From assembly GCF_001194135.2 (NCBI RefSeq), contig NC_068990.1:57630539-57694538 (forward strand): a stretch of 64,000 bases of DNA. The letters run 5' to 3'. The notes beneath the pieces are model-generated. The model was not told the DNA's origin. It made no database searches and saw only the letters and a program-made list of their open reading frames with translations. The stretch comes from Octopus bimaculoides (Eukaryota). The first letter of the stretch is position 1; each line of letters starts with the position of its first letter. The position numbers and the translations under genes are program-made. This document shows, in pieces, positions 63,647-64,000 of this stretch.

Positions 63647-64000
63647 GCCTTATTTGGAATAGCATGAAATACAGGTGAACGGAATTGACAGCAGGGAAGT
63701 AAGTACTAGGAGGGGTGAAAATCAAGAAAGGAATCTTCCAGTGGGGACAGTGTGCTCCCACTGATATTCGTGCTGGGAATGATCCCCTTAGGGTATGATC
63801 TGGGAAGAGGTAAGGGGAAACTAAACCACTTGCTATTCATGAACGACCTGAAGTCCTTCACAAAAACTGAGGCAGGACTGGACAGCGCTGGAATTCTGAA
63901 GTGGACAGAGGAAGAGCTAAAGGAGATATACAGGAAGTCAAGAAAGCTCCTAATGATGTATGGAGCCCGTCATCCACTTGCAGACACTGATCGCCTATAC
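63647..64000 (+). mobile_element. R4/Dong-like non-LTR retrotransposon RT fragment, 5'-truncated and internally deleted, running off the window
   Basis: TELTAG..LGGVKIKKGIFQ/GDS..PLIFVLGMIPL...LNHLLFMNDLK (YMDD box), then AGILKWTEEELKEIYRKSRKLLMMYGARHPLADTDRLY. Confidence 0.88.

Noticed and set aside
1-64000. A prokaryotic-style novel system (operon, defence island, CRISPR) or an intact host gene
   Set aside because: No ORF free of stops, gaps or microsatellites encodes a recognisable non-transposon protein.

Overview
AT-rich eukaryotic DNA with ten N-gaps. The repeat landscape (very abundant tRNA-headed SINEs, long TA/CA/TATG microsatellites, RTE/CR1/Tx1/R4 LINE relics, Tc1/mariner relics) points to a coleoid cephalopod, probably Octopus; this is an inference from recalled repeat families, not a database result. 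I found no intact protein-coding ORF, true tRNA/rRNA gene or CRISPR array. Most listed ORFs are microsatellite or N-gap artefacts, or pieces of decayed transposons. The window reads as intronic or intergenic transposon debris: about 45 SINE copies in at least 4 families, a near full-length decayed DD37D (maT) transposon, Tc1 and mariner fragments, several MITEs, a Tx1/L1-like LINE, RTE and CR1-like RT relics, two R4/Dong-like fragments next to TAA repeats, and a possible Penelope-like inverted structure with a degenerate hammerhead-ribozyme core. Best leads: TAA-targeted R4-like insertions, a 90-nt zero-spacer palindrome, an inverted SINE cluster that could form dsRNA for ADAR editing, and a SINE-poor island with candidate non-coding exons. 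I cannot support a novel multi-gene system. SINE family letters are my own labels, and most repeat boundaries are approximate (about 10-20 bp).
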